A stretch of 64,000 nucleotides of DNA from an uncultured Pseudobdellovibrionaceae bacterium (GCA_964389375.1 CAYMDP010000010.1:9849-73848); one strand, 5' to 3'. Shown: positions 8,533 through 17,311, counted from the first letter of the stretch. The notes: a model not told the origin generated them from the sequence alone. Numbers and translations: made by a program.

Positions 8533-10359
8533 TTAACTAGAGGCCGGACTGCTCGGGACCGGAAGTCCCATAAGCTGCATGATTTTCAAGGCATTCGTAG
8601 TGGGGCAGGGGCCGGCCTGAATCTGGTAAGAAAACACCAATTGGTCTTTAGAAAAATCATCGCGAAAATGAAAATTTAAGATCGAAGCATTGGTTTCGCT
8701 CAGCTTCGAAAGCTCTAGGTCATGGGTCGAAATCAAGCCCAAAGCTTTTGGTTTTTCTAACAGCTTTTGGATCACCGAAAGGCTTCCCAGGTAACGTTCG
8801 CGGTTGTTGGTTCCCCGAAAGATCTCGTCGATCAGATAAAAAACAGCCTCACCCCGATCAACGCAATCTAAGATTTCCTTCACTTTTTTAACTTCGGCAT
8901 AAAAGGTCGAGTATCCCTCGTCCAAAGAGTCATGTCTGGATAAGCAAGTCATTACTTTAAAAAACTGAGTTTCAAACAGATTTGCAAATACCGGAAGGCC
9001 CGCTTGGGCCAAGATCTGATTAAGACCAAGGGTCTTTAAAAAAGTCGATTTCCCAGACATATTTGATCCGGTCAGCAGCAAGAGTTTGCTGCCTTTTTCA
9101 ACCTCAAGGCTATTTGCCACCACTTGGTCCCGCGGGATCAGAGGGTGAAAAAGATCTTTCACCTTAAGGGAGCCATCCTGGGAAAATCGAGAAAACTGAG
9201 AGCTTTGATATTTCGCAAACACAGCAAGGCTCGCCCGCACTTCCGTTTCAACCAACTGATCTAAATAGCTCTGTAAGACTCCAGAAGACTGAGACCGCCA
9301 TCTTTCAGTGAGGATCGAAAATAATGGCGACCAGGGAAATATTAAATTGATCAGAATATGCACAAGCCAATGATTTTGTGTGCTCATTCCCGAGACAAAA
9401 AATGACAGCTTTTTAATCTGCCTTAAAAAAACGACACTCGTTTTAGGGTCTAAGTAAAGAATCAGTGCTTTTAGGTTTTTTAAGGTGACCTCAAGATATT
9501 GCGCTCGTGAATAAGCCCTCGAGCTCAAACTTAAAGTGGACAGCGAGTACATGGCATAAAGGATCATCGGCCATGGAGACCCGAGGATTAAACTTGCTAA
9601 AACTCCAAGGGGCCAAAAAAGTCCATGAAGTAAAATTTTGCTGCGATCTTCGGGAAGAATACAGGGCTCGGTCAAAAAACGCTTTAAATCAGAAATTCGT
9701 AGGCCCAATTTGCTTTTTTGTCCCAATAGCAAAAAGCCCTTAAGGCGTTTAAAGTTTTTTAAGTCGGCCAAGATATTCGACTGAAGTTCTTCGACGGTCT
9801 TTGGGGCCTCAGCCCGAACACGTAATCTTTCTATCAAAGCCAAGTAACCCTCGTCAGAAAAACTTTCATCAAAAAGACCCAGCAAAGATTTTCCAGAATT
9901 TGACTTCGGAAAAACCTGAAGCTCACTCTCTTCATCGCTAACATTTGGGATGTCAGGACGGGGAGCTTCGTTTTCGGCTCTTAATGGCGCCACACTTTGA
10001 CCTTGAAGCCTTAAAGCCTGTCGTTCAAAAAATGCCTTAAGAGTCTGAAGTCTCTGAAGATAATCAGAAATCCTTCTGTGTCGCCCAACTAAAATACTAA
10101 AGCCCGAAATCAGAATTACAAATAAGGCCAGGGGAATGAAAGAGTCTCGATAAACCGCAACAAAAATCAAACTTAAAAAAGAAAGTCCGCCGAGAGAAAG
10201 TCTTTGACCTAACAATGATTGTTCGCGAGAAGCCCAAGTCTTTAGATGCAGGTCTAGGTTTTTAATTTTTTTATCAAGGCTTATCGAAGTTTGAGTTTGG
10301 ACCGAGCGAAGATTCAATTTAAGAGGCCTTCCCTTTTGCGTCTCCTCCAACCACGGCAC
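8533..10359 (-). CDS. Membrane-anchored MutS-related ATPase (MutS domain V only)
   Basis: 608-aa ORF. The C-terminal MutS ATPase has Walker A TGSNMSGKSTFLKT, Walker B FYLIDEIFRGTN and the STHD motif. Hydrophobic helices lie near residues 55-95 and 240-350. No mismatch-binding or Smr domain is seen. The start is uncertain: the ORF-track start overlaps the upstream gene by 41 nt, and an in-frame TTG at 10317 would avoid that overlap. Confidence 0.75.
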   Translation of the reverse strand: MPWLEETQKGRPLKLNLRSVQTQTSISLDKKIKNLDLHLKTWASREQSLLGQRLSLGGLSFLSLIFVAVYRDSFIPLALFVILISGFSILVGRHRRISDYLQRLQTLKAFFERQALRLQGQSVAPLRAENEAPRPDIPNVSDEESELQVFPKSNSGKSLLGLFDESFSDEGYLALIERLRVRAEAPKTVEELQSNILADLKNFKRLKGFLLLGQKSKLGLRISDLKRFLTEPCILPEDRSKILLHGLFWPLGVLASLILGSPWPMILYAMYSLSTLSLSSRAYSRAQYLEVTLKNLKALILYLDPKTSVVFLRQIKKLSFFVSGMSTQNHWLVHILINLIFPWSPLFSILTERWRSQSSGVLQSYLDQLVETEVRASLAVFAKYQSSQFSRFSQDGSLKVKDLFHPLIPRDQVVANSLEVEKGSKLLLLTGSNMSGKSTFLKTLGLNQILAQAGLPVFANLFETQFFKVMTCLSRHDSLDEGYSTFYAEVKKVKEILDCVDRGEAVFYLIDEIFRGTNNRERYLGSLSVIQKLLEKPKALGLISTHDLELSKLSETNASILNFHFRDDFSKDQLVFSYQIQAGPCPTTNALKIMQLMGLPVPSSPASS

Positions 10360-11305
10360 TCAGTGCTTTAAAGGCATCCTTATTAAAAGGTTGACCCATG
10401 GTGTGCTCGATATACATCAAAGCTTCTCGAGGATTTTTTGGTACGGGACAGTTTACACCAGCAATAATCAAATCGCAAAACTGATCTGCAAGTCCGACGA
10501 TCTTCGCCAAAGGATGGATCTTAATATCTCGAATGCGTTGAGGGTAACCTTGGCCAATCGAATTCTCATGATGTTCGTAAACAATTGAGACGATATCATC
10601 GGGGACGATCCCCAGACTTAGCATCATCTGCATTCCTTTAAAGGCATGAGTCTCATAAATTTGAATTTCTTCAGGGGTCATCAGGGCTGTTGGTTTTTTA
10701 AGCAGGTCCCCCGGGATCGCTTTAAGTCCGATATCATGTAGCAATCCGCCTAAGGCCAATTTTTCTAAGGTGACCTTCTTTTCCCAGCCCATCTGAATTC
10801 CCATCAAGACCGAAAATGTACTAACGGCCATTGAATGAGCTAGCAAAGAGTCAGACTGAGATTTAATTCCTTCAATCAGGGCCGCAAGGTCTTTGTGGCT
10901 TTCAACCAAAGCGACCGTGGCTTCAGTGATAATCTTTGCATTTCCATAAGCCTCAAGACTAATCCCCAAAAGATCAAACTGTCGAAATACAGACTGAGCG
11001 GCAGCATTCATCACCGAAGACTTTACTTTTAAATCTAAGCTCTCTTTGCCAATTAAAATCCCGGCGACGGTTACGGTTTGATGGGTGATCTTTCCGTATT
11101 CAGAGCGCCTGACCCAAAGGTATTGCAGCTCTTTATTCTGGTAAGATTTAAGCTGATCTTTTTGAGTCTCTTGTCCGGCTTTTGCAATGCAAATAAAGCG
11201 TCCCTCAGAAAGTCGAACATAAATATCGACAGGGTTTTTAACTCCCGCAATAAACTCATTAATACTTATGGGGATCATATCTTTTGCTTCGATAATTCGT
11301 TTCAA
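10319..11305 (-). CDS. HD-GYP domain c-di-GMP phosphodiesterase-type protein (paralogue 1)
   Basis: 328-aa ORF with HD motif GGLLHDIGL, HHENSIGQGYP (HD-GYP signature) and an N-terminal sensory-like domain. Tandem paralogue of 11314..12291. Confidence 0.8.
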   Translation of the reverse strand: MKRIIEAKDMIPISINEFIAGVKNPVDIYVRLSEGRFICIAKAGQETQKDQLKSYQNKELQYLWVRRSEYGKITHQTVTVAGILIGKESLDLKVKSSVMNAAAQSVFRQFDLLGISLEAYGNAKIITEATVALVESHKDLAALIEGIKSQSDSLLAHSMAVSTFSVLMGIQMGWEKKVTLEKLALGGLLHDIGLKAIPGDLLKKPTALMTPEEIQIYETHAFKGMQMMLSLGIVPDDIVSIVYEHHENSIGQGYPQRIRDIKIHPLAKIVGLADQFCDLIIAGVNCPVPKNPREALMYIEHTMGQPFNKDAFKALSAVVGGDAKGKAS

Positions 11306-11313
11306 GAAGGCCC

Positions 11314-12291
11314 TTAGGCGATCTTGCTCCCTTTTAGCAAATTTCCCTCTACGATCATTCGCAAAGCTTTAAAGGCTTCCTTGTTGAAGGGCTGCCCCAT
11401 AGTGTGTTCAATATACATTAAGGCTTCTCGTGGACTTTTAACGACGGGCAGATTCGGATTGATCATAATCAAATCACAAAATTGATCTGCAAGACCAACA
11501 ATTTTAGCTAAGGGATGAATCTTGATGTCTCGAATCCGCTGAGGATAGCCCTGGCCCATCGAGTTTTCGTGATGTTCATAAACAATCGAGACAATGTCAT
11601 CCGGCACAATTCCTAAGCTCAACATCATCTGCATTCCTTTAAAGGGGTGATTCTCGTAAAGATCAGCCTCCTCAGGAGTCATTTGAGCCATAGGTTTATT
11701 CAGAATCTCTTTCGGGATTCTGCGCAGGCCAATATCGTGCAGAAGGCCGCCAAGAGCCAGCTTCTCTAGGGTTACTTTTTTCTCCCAGCCGATTTGGATT
11801 CCCATCATCACCGACAGCGCACTGACGGCCATAGAATGATTTAATAGCCAGTCTGAGCTTGTCGTTACCGCTTCAATCAAGGCCGAGAGATCTTTGTGAT
11901 TTTCGACAAGGGCCACGGTGACTTCTGTGACCATTTTGGCGTTCTGGTAAACCTCTAGGTCAAGTCCAAGGTGACTGAACTGATTAAATACGGACTTAGC
12001 GGCCGCTGAAACCAAATTGCTTTTCGTCTTAAAGTTAATGTTGTCTTTGGTGACAACAACGCCAGCGATGGCCACGGTTTGAAGAGTGACTTTTCCGTAC
12101 TCACTCTTTCGCACCCAGAGGTAACTGACTTCGCGGTCTTTGTATTTCGCCAACTGATCCTTTTGAGTGACCTGACCTTGTCGAGCCAAACAAACATAGC
12201 GGTCTTCAGAAAGACGAACGAAAACATCCACCGGAATTTTGGTTCCGGCCATAAACTCGTTAATGCTAATAGGAATCATTTCTTCAGCCAT
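11314..12291 (-). CDS. HD-GYP domain c-di-GMP phosphodiesterase-type protein (paralogue 2)
   Basis: 325-aa ORF with GGLLHDIGL and HHENSMGQGYP. Only 8 nt separate it from paralogue 1. Confidence 0.8.
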   Translation of the reverse strand: MAEEMIPISINEFMAGTKIPVDVFVRLSEDRYVCLARQGQVTQKDQLAKYKDREVSYLWVRKSEYGKVTLQTVAIAGVVVTKDNINFKTKSNLVSAAAKSVFNQFSHLGLDLEVYQNAKMVTEVTVALVENHKDLSALIEAVTTSSDWLLNHSMAVSALSVMMGIQIGWEKKVTLEKLALGGLLHDIGLRRIPKEILNKPMAQMTPEEADLYENHPFKGMQMMLSLGIVPDDIVSIVYEHHENSMGQGYPQRIRDIKIHPLAKIVGLADQFCDLIMINPNLPVVKSPREALMYIEHTMGQPFNKEAFKALRMIVEGNLLKGSKIA

Positions 12292-12482
12292 ATGAACCTT
12301 TCGGAAAAATGGCCCGGGGAATTGAATAAAAGACCTACAAATACGTACTTAATGCGCGGCGTTTGGCGCTTTCTATAGGGGTGGACCGTGCTATATCCAA
12401 ACCGAGTAGCTTATTTAGAATGGGTCAGGACTTCCGGCGAGTCTGGGTTTTAAGATTTTGGGTTTAATAAGGATGTAACATA

Positions 12483-13814
12483 ATGTTTGAGAGTCTGTCA
12501 GAGAAGATGCTTGCGAGCTTAAAAAAAGTTCGCGGACAAAGTCGCATCACCGAAAAAAATATCGAAGATGCGATCAAAGAAATCCGCCTCAATTTGCTGG
12601 AAGCCGACGTTAATTTTAAGGTGGTAAAAAGTTTTATTGATCGAGTTAAAGCTAAGGCTTTAGGGCAAGACGTTTTAACAAGCCTTACTGCGGGCCAACA
12701 GTTTGTTAAAATCGTTCATGATGAATTGGTGCAGACCCTTGGTGGAGAAAAAGTTGAAGTCGACGTTCGCGGAAAACCAGCGGTCATTTTTTTCGTCGGT
12801 CTTCAAGGAACTGGAAAAACCACAAGTAGTGCAAAGCTTGCTCTCTATATTCGACAAAAGTTGCAAAAAAAACCGGGCCTGGTTTCTGTAGACGTTTACC
12901 GACCGGCTGCGATGGATCAACTAAAAACCTTAGCTCAACAAAACGACCTTCCTTGTTTTCCATCCCAAGCTTCCATGAAGCCTAAGGACATTCTTGAAAA
13001 GGCAAAAATTTGGGCCAAGGAAGAAATGATCGATGTGGTGATTTTGGATACCGCAGGACGCCTTCAGATCGATGAAGAACTAATGACAGAGCTTAAGGAT
13101 TTAAAAGCGTTCTGGCCACCCTCTGAAGTGTTATTGGTCGCAGATGCCATGCTGGGACAGCAATCCGTAAATGTGGCCGAGGGTTTCCATCGGGAAATGG
13201 GCCTGACCGGTTTAGTCTTAACAAAAATCGACGGGGATGCCCGCGGGGGAGCTGCCTTAAGTATTCGAGAAGCGACCGGAGTTCCCATTAAGTTTCTTGG
13301 AACTGGAGAAAAGGTCGCTCAGCTGGAAGTTTTTCATCCGGATCGATTGGCCGGCCGAATTTTAGATATGGGTGACGTGATGAGCCTGGTTGAAAAGGCT
13401 CAAGAGGTCATGGACGAAAAGTCGGCCATGGAGTCCGCCCGAAAAATGGCCAAAAATAAGTTCACCATGGAAGATTTCTTAAGCCAGATTCAGATGATGA
13501 AAAAGATGGGCGGTATGGAGTCCATCATGAAAATGATCCCCGGAATGGGGCAGGCCATGAAAAAAATGAAGGATATGGCCCCTCCAGACAAAGAAATCAA
13601 AAGAATCGAGGCAATTATTCGCTCGATGACCGCAGAGGAGCGTGAAAATCATAAGATTTTAAACGGCTCCAGACGGCTTAGAATCGCCAAGGGAAGCGGC
13701 ACTGAGGTCTCAGAGGTCAATAAACTGGTGAAACAATTCGAGCAATCCCAAAAAATGATGTCCCAGATGATGAAAATGGGGATGGGCCGGGGCGGAATGC
13801 GTTCTCCCTTCTAG
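12483..13814 (+). CDS. ffh: Signal recognition particle protein (SRP54 homologue)
   Basis: 443-aa ORF with GTPase motifs GLQGTGKTT, DTAGR and TKIDGD, and a Met-rich M domain at the C-terminus. Confidence 0.95.
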   Translation: MFESLSEKMLASLKKVRGQSRITEKNIEDAIKEIRLNLLEADVNFKVVKSFIDRVKAKALGQDVLTSLTAGQQFVKIVHDELVQTLGGEKVEVDVRGKPAVIFFVGLQGTGKTTSSAKLALYIRQKLQKKPGLVSVDVYRPAAMDQLKTLAQQNDLPCFPSQASMKPKDILEKAKIWAKEEMIDVVILDTAGRLQIDEELMTELKDLKAFWPPSEVLLVADAMLGQQSVNVAEGFHREMGLTGLVLTKIDGDARGGAALSIREATGVPIKFLGTGEKVAQLEVFHPDRLAGRILDMGDVMSLVEKAQEVMDEKSAMESARKMAKNKFTMEDFLSQIQMMKKMGGMESIMKMIPGMGQAMKKMKDMAPPDKEIKRIEAIIRSMTAEERENHKILNGSRRLRIAKGSGTEVSEVNKLVKQFEQSQKMMSQMMKMGMGRGGMRSPF

Positions 13815-13952
13815 GGCCTGTCCTTATCCCAGGCACTTATCGCTTAAATCTGGATTTTTCTTGCGGATTCAGGACAAAGGCGGTAGTTCTTCGGGGCTTG
13901 AAAGTAGGCCATCTCGATGGCTTGTAGGAATTTTAATAGGAGTGAAGGCAAA

Positions 13953-14201
13953 ATGGTCGTGATTCGATTAGCCCGTTTCGGAAATAAGCACAGCCCCCGT
14001 TACCGTATCTCTGTTGCAGACTCTAGACGTTCGTTGTGCGGCAAGGTCATCGAAGTGATTGGACACTACAACCCAAATCCCGGTGGTCCTGAAAAAGAAA
14101 TCACTTTGGACATGGAAAAAGCGAAAAGCTGGATTCAAAAGGGCGCTCGTCCGTCAGATAGAGTGAAGAGCATAATGCGAAGAGTCGAAGCCCAGGTATA
14201 G
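13953..14201 (+). CDS. rpsP: 30S ribosomal protein S16
   Basis: MVVIRLARFGNKHSPRYRI is the canonical S16 N-terminus. I chose ATG 13953, preceded by AGGAG, over the longer ORF-track start 13917. Confidence 0.9.
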   Translation: MVVIRLARFGNKHSPRYRISVADSRRSLCGKVIEVIGHYNPNPGGPEKEITLDMEKAKSWIQKGARPSDRVKSIMRRVEAQV

Positions 14202-14299
14202 TTTCGATCCACCTCTGACTTTGGCTGTTCCATCAGAACAGGGTATTCGTTAGACTAGTCAGACGTGGACGTTGGATTTCAGCGAGAGAGGTAGATAAA

Positions 14300-14545
14300 A
14301 TGGATCCTTCAAACTTAAGAGATTTAGTAGAGTTCATGGCGAAGTCCCTCGTGGATAAGCCCGACGAAGTCGAAGTGAACGAAGTGATCGGTGAGCAGAC
14401 AACGGTTGTAGAGTTGAAAGTTGCAAAAGAAGATCTTGGAAAAGTGATTGGAAAGCAGGGGCGAACAGCTCGGTCAATGAGAACGATTTTGAATGCGGCT
14501 AGCACCAAGCTTCAAAAGCGAAGTGTCCTAGAGATTGTCGAATAA
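14300..14545 (+). CDS. KH-domain RNA-binding protein (UPF0109/YlqC family)
   Basis: 81-aa ORF with the [24 protein letters not shown] motif, in the conserved position after rpsP. Confidence 0.85.
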   Translation: MDPSNLRDLVEFMAKSLVDKPDEVEVNEVIGEQTTVVELKVAKEDLGKVIGKQGRTARSMRTILNAASTKLQKRSVLEIVE

Positions 14546-14565
14546 AAGACGTTTTAGGTTGAAGT

Positions 14566-14598
14566 AAAAAAAAGGCTGCCCTGAGCAGCCTTTTTTTT
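14566..14598 (+). terminator. Rho-independent terminator after the KH gene
   Basis: A-tract, then GGCTGC (14574-14579), loop CCTGA, GCAGCC (14585-14590), then T8 (14591-14598). Confidence 0.8.
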
Positions 14599-14793
14599 GC
14601 TCAAAAATCAAAATTGCAGAGCGATCCCCTTCCTCAAAGCAAGTTTAGGCCAGATTTTTTGTGAATTTTTCCTGGATTCACCCTCAAAATTGGGACCGAG
14701 GTTAATCCTTGCAAGATGTTGAGGATATTAAATCTCTTTGGGTATATAACAGGGAGATTTTTTTAAGACCTCAGATTAAAGAGTGAGTCAGTA

Positions 14794-15387
14794 ATGAATC
14801 TAAATGAATTTGTGCTTGTTGGTCGGGTGAAAGACGCCCATGGGATGAAGGGTGAGCTTTTTATTACCTTAAAAGCCGGTCAAGCAGACTGGCTTAAAGA
14901 TTTTAAGGAATTTTTTCTTCAATCTAAGTCCAAAGATCAAAGCAAAGACTTTAAAGTGATTAAGGCCCGAGTTCATAAAAATGGTCTAATTGTTGTCGCA
15001 GAAGGCATTCCTCACCGAACCCAAGCCGAAGGCTTTAAGGGTTGGGATTTTTTAATCCCCAAATCTTTGATCGAACTCGCGCCAGAGTCCGGAGAGATTT
15101 TTTTGGGGCAAGTTTTAGGCTTTAAAGTTGAAGTTAAGGGGCGAGGGGAGATCGGCGAGGTCACGGGATTTCGCAGCCACAGCGCCCAGGATTTGCTGGT
15201 CGTCCAAGCGAAAACCTCAGAGAAAGAGTGGGAAATCCCTTTTGTGGAGCCCTTCATTGAAAAACTAGATTTTGAATTGAAAAGAATCATGATGGAACTT
15301 CCTGAGGGCCTCTTAGAAGTGAATGACGAAGTGAATGACGAAGCTAGCGAAGGCCTAAAAGGTAAATTAAAGGACGAAGAGGAATAG
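14794..15387 (+). CDS. rimM: 16S rRNA processing protein RimM, with an acidic C-terminal extension
   Basis: 197-aa ORF. N-terminus FVLVGRVKDAHGMKGELFI is typical of RimM. The tail is EVNDEVNDEASEG..KDEEE. Confidence 0.85.
   Translation: MNLNEFVLVGRVKDAHGMKGELFITLKAGQADWLKDFKEFFLQSKSKDQSKDFKVIKARVHKNGLIVVAEGIPHRTQAEGFKGWDFLIPKSLIELAPESGEIFLGQVLGFKVEVKGRGEIGEVTGFRSHSAQDLLVVQAKTSEKEWEIPFVEPFIEKLDFELKRIMMELPEGLLEVNDEVNDEASEGLKGKLKDEEE
15315..15338 (+). repeat. Perfect 12-nt tandem duplication (GAAGTGAATGAC x2) inside the rimM tail
   Basis: 15315-15326 and 15327-15338 are identical and encode EVND-EVND. Confidence 0.9.
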
Positions 15388-15392
15388 CGGGT

Positions 15393-16187
15393 TTGATTCA
15401 GTTTAATTTTATCTCATTATTTCCTGAGTTGATTCAGTCGTATTTTTCGGATGGGGTCGTTGGCCAAGCTCAAAAAAAGGGACAACTGAAGTACCAAGTT
15501 ATAAATCCCAGGGATTTTACTGAAGACGTGCACCACAGTGTCGACGATCGCCCTTTTGGCGGCGGAGACGGAATGCTGATGATGACGGAGCCCTTAAAAA
15601 AGTCGCTTGATTTTCTTGGCGCAGACAAAGGCAAGGTGGTCTATTTATCTCCTGCGGGGAAGACTTGGACTGACTCTATGGCTCGAGACTGGGCCAAAAA
15701 ATTGGATCAACCTTTAACTTTTATCTGTGGCCGCTATGCGGGAATTGATGAAAGATTTGTAGTGGAATTTGTCGATGAAGAAATTTCGCTTGGGGATTTT
15801 GTCTTAAGCGGAGGGGAGCTTGCCGCCTTAGCCCTTGCAGACTCATTGGCCCGTCTTCAGCCCGGAGTCCTTGGCAATCAAGTCTCGGCCCATTTAGAAA
15901 GCTTTGCGGAAGGCTTATTAGAGTGTCCTGCCTATACTCGGCCCAGGGAATTCATGGGGATGGAAGTCCCTGAAGTTTTGCTTTCTGGAAATCACCAAAA
16001 AATCGAAAAGTTTAAGAGCCAAGTCAGTCTTCTGCGCACAGCTTTACGAAGACCGGATCTCTTAAAGCCCGATCAGTTAGATCAGGTTTATGCGGCGGCA
16101 AAGGCCTTTGAAGGCTTTTCTGATGGACAGCTTAGGACTTTGGCTTTAGATGCTAACTCTTTAAAACGCCTGCTGAGGACTGTATGA
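15393..16187 (+). CDS. trmD: tRNA (guanine37-N1)-methyltransferase
   Basis: 264-aa ORF (TTG start) with FISLFPE, DDRPFGGGDGMLM and GRYAGIDER motifs. Confidence 0.9.
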   Translation: MIQFNFISLFPELIQSYFSDGVVGQAQKKGQLKYQVINPRDFTEDVHHSVDDRPFGGGDGMLMMTEPLKKSLDFLGADKGKVVYLSPAGKTWTDSMARDWAKKLDQPLTFICGRYAGIDERFVVEFVDEEISLGDFVLSGGELAALALADSLARLQPGVLGNQVSAHLESFAEGLLECPAYTRPREFMGMEVPEVLLSGNHQKIEKFKSQVSLLRTALRRPDLLKPDQLDQVYAAAKAFEGFSDGQLRTLALDANSLKRLLRTV

Positions 16188-16753
16188 AAAAAAGAGCCCC
16201 ATTTGCGATTGGTCTTGTTCACTGGCCGGTTTATGACCGTGCTGGGAGTACGGTTTGCACCAATGTGACCAATTTCGATATTCACGATATTGCTAGAGCT
16301 TCAAGAAGTTATGGCGTGGACAAATACTACATTATTAATCGCAATAAAGAGCAGCTGATGTTCGTTAGCCGCGTGCTCGAGCATTGGAGAACCGGCACGG
16401 GTTCGAAATATAACCCCATGAGAAAAACGGCCCTTGGAATGGTTCAACTGGTCGAGACCGTCGAGCAGGCATTGACCGATTGGGGAAAGGGTATTGTGAT
16501 TGGAACCTCGGCTCGCGAAATCGAGGGTTTAGACCGCATGGCCTTTAAAACCCTCAGAGAGCAGATCCATGATGAGCCTGAGACCCCGGTTTTTATCCTT
16601 TTTGGAACGGGATTTGGCCTTCATAATGATGTTTTTTCACATTGTCAGGGAACCCTGGAGCCCATTTGGGGAGCAGCTCCCGACCAATATCGCCATCTTT
16701 CAGTTCGCTCTGCCGTAAGTATCTGTCTTGACCGTCTTTTGGGTTCATGTTAG
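16184..16753 (+). CDS. Predicted SAM-dependent RNA methyltransferase (SPOUT-like, Methyltrn_RNA_4/DUF2168-type)
   Basis: 189-aa ORF overlapping the trmD stop (ATGA). FAIGLVHWPVYDRAGSTVCTNVTNFDIHDIARASRSYGV resembles the family often found between trmD and rplS. Assignment is from memory of the family pattern. Confidence 0.55.
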   Translation: MKKRAPFAIGLVHWPVYDRAGSTVCTNVTNFDIHDIARASRSYGVDKYYIINRNKEQLMFVSRVLEHWRTGTGSKYNPMRKTALGMVQLVETVEQALTDWGKGIVIGTSAREIEGLDRMAFKTLREQIHDEPETPVFILFGTGFGLHNDVFSHCQGTLEPIWGAAPDQYRHLSVRSAVSICLDRLLGSC

Positions 16754-16798
16754 TTCTGCCCCCTTCGATTAAGATCTCGCATTTCAATGGAGTTTTAT

Positions 16799-17221
16799 AT
16801 GGATCTGGTACGACGGGTCACTTACGGAAAAGCTAATTTAAAACAGCACCCTGCATTCAAAACCGGTGACACCGTTGGTGTTTATGTCCGCGTAAAAGAG
16901 GGCGAAAAAGAGCGCGTTCAGTTGTTTCGTGGCATCGTCATGAAAATTCAGGGCAGCGGCTTAGGCAAATCTTTTACAGTTCGTAAGATTTCTAGTGGTG
17001 TTGGCGTGGAAAGAATTTTCCCATTTGCAACTCCATCGATTGATCGCATCGAGTTGATCGCTCATGGTCAGGTTCGAAAAGGCCGACTGTTTTTCCTTCG
17101 TGGCCTTAAGGGACGAGCGGCTCGCTTGGATTCAACTCTTGTGTCAGACACTCATCAAGATGCACCAGGTGCAGCGGATGAAATCCCAGTCGACGTAAAA
17201 GAAGAATCTAAAGACGCTTAG
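16799..17221 (+). CDS. rplS: 50S ribosomal protein L19
   Basis: Motifs P.FKTGDTVGVYVRVKEGEKERVQLFRGIV and FTVRKISSGVGVERIFP. ATG 16799 sits 6 nt after GGAG and is preferred over 16787. It carries an acidic/charged C-terminal extension. Confidence 0.9.
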   Translation: MDLVRRVTYGKANLKQHPAFKTGDTVGVYVRVKEGEKERVQLFRGIVMKIQGSGLGKSFTVRKISSGVGVERIFPFATPSIDRIELIAHGQVRKGRLFFLRGLKGRAARLDSTLVSDTHQDAPGAADEIPVDVKEESKDA

Positions 17222-17263
17222 TTCAATAATTGTTTATTCAATTGGTTGTTTTTGTGTTTCGAT

Positions 17264-17293
17264 AAAAAACCACATCTGATGATGTGGTTTTTT
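17264..17293 (+). terminator. Rho-independent terminator after rplS
   Basis: A-tract, CCACATC (17270-17276), loop TGAT, GATGTGG (17281-17287), then T6. Confidence 0.8.
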
Positions 17294-17311
17294 CGTTTCG
17301 GGGGATATTTA

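Noticed and set aside
17246-17311. Long rnhB start at 17246, and the yraN ORF start at 17775
   Set aside because: The 17246 extension contains the rplS terminator hairpin. The 17775 start lies 136 nt inside rnhB in another frame. Shorter starts (GTG 17312, TTG 17886) give normal-length proteins.
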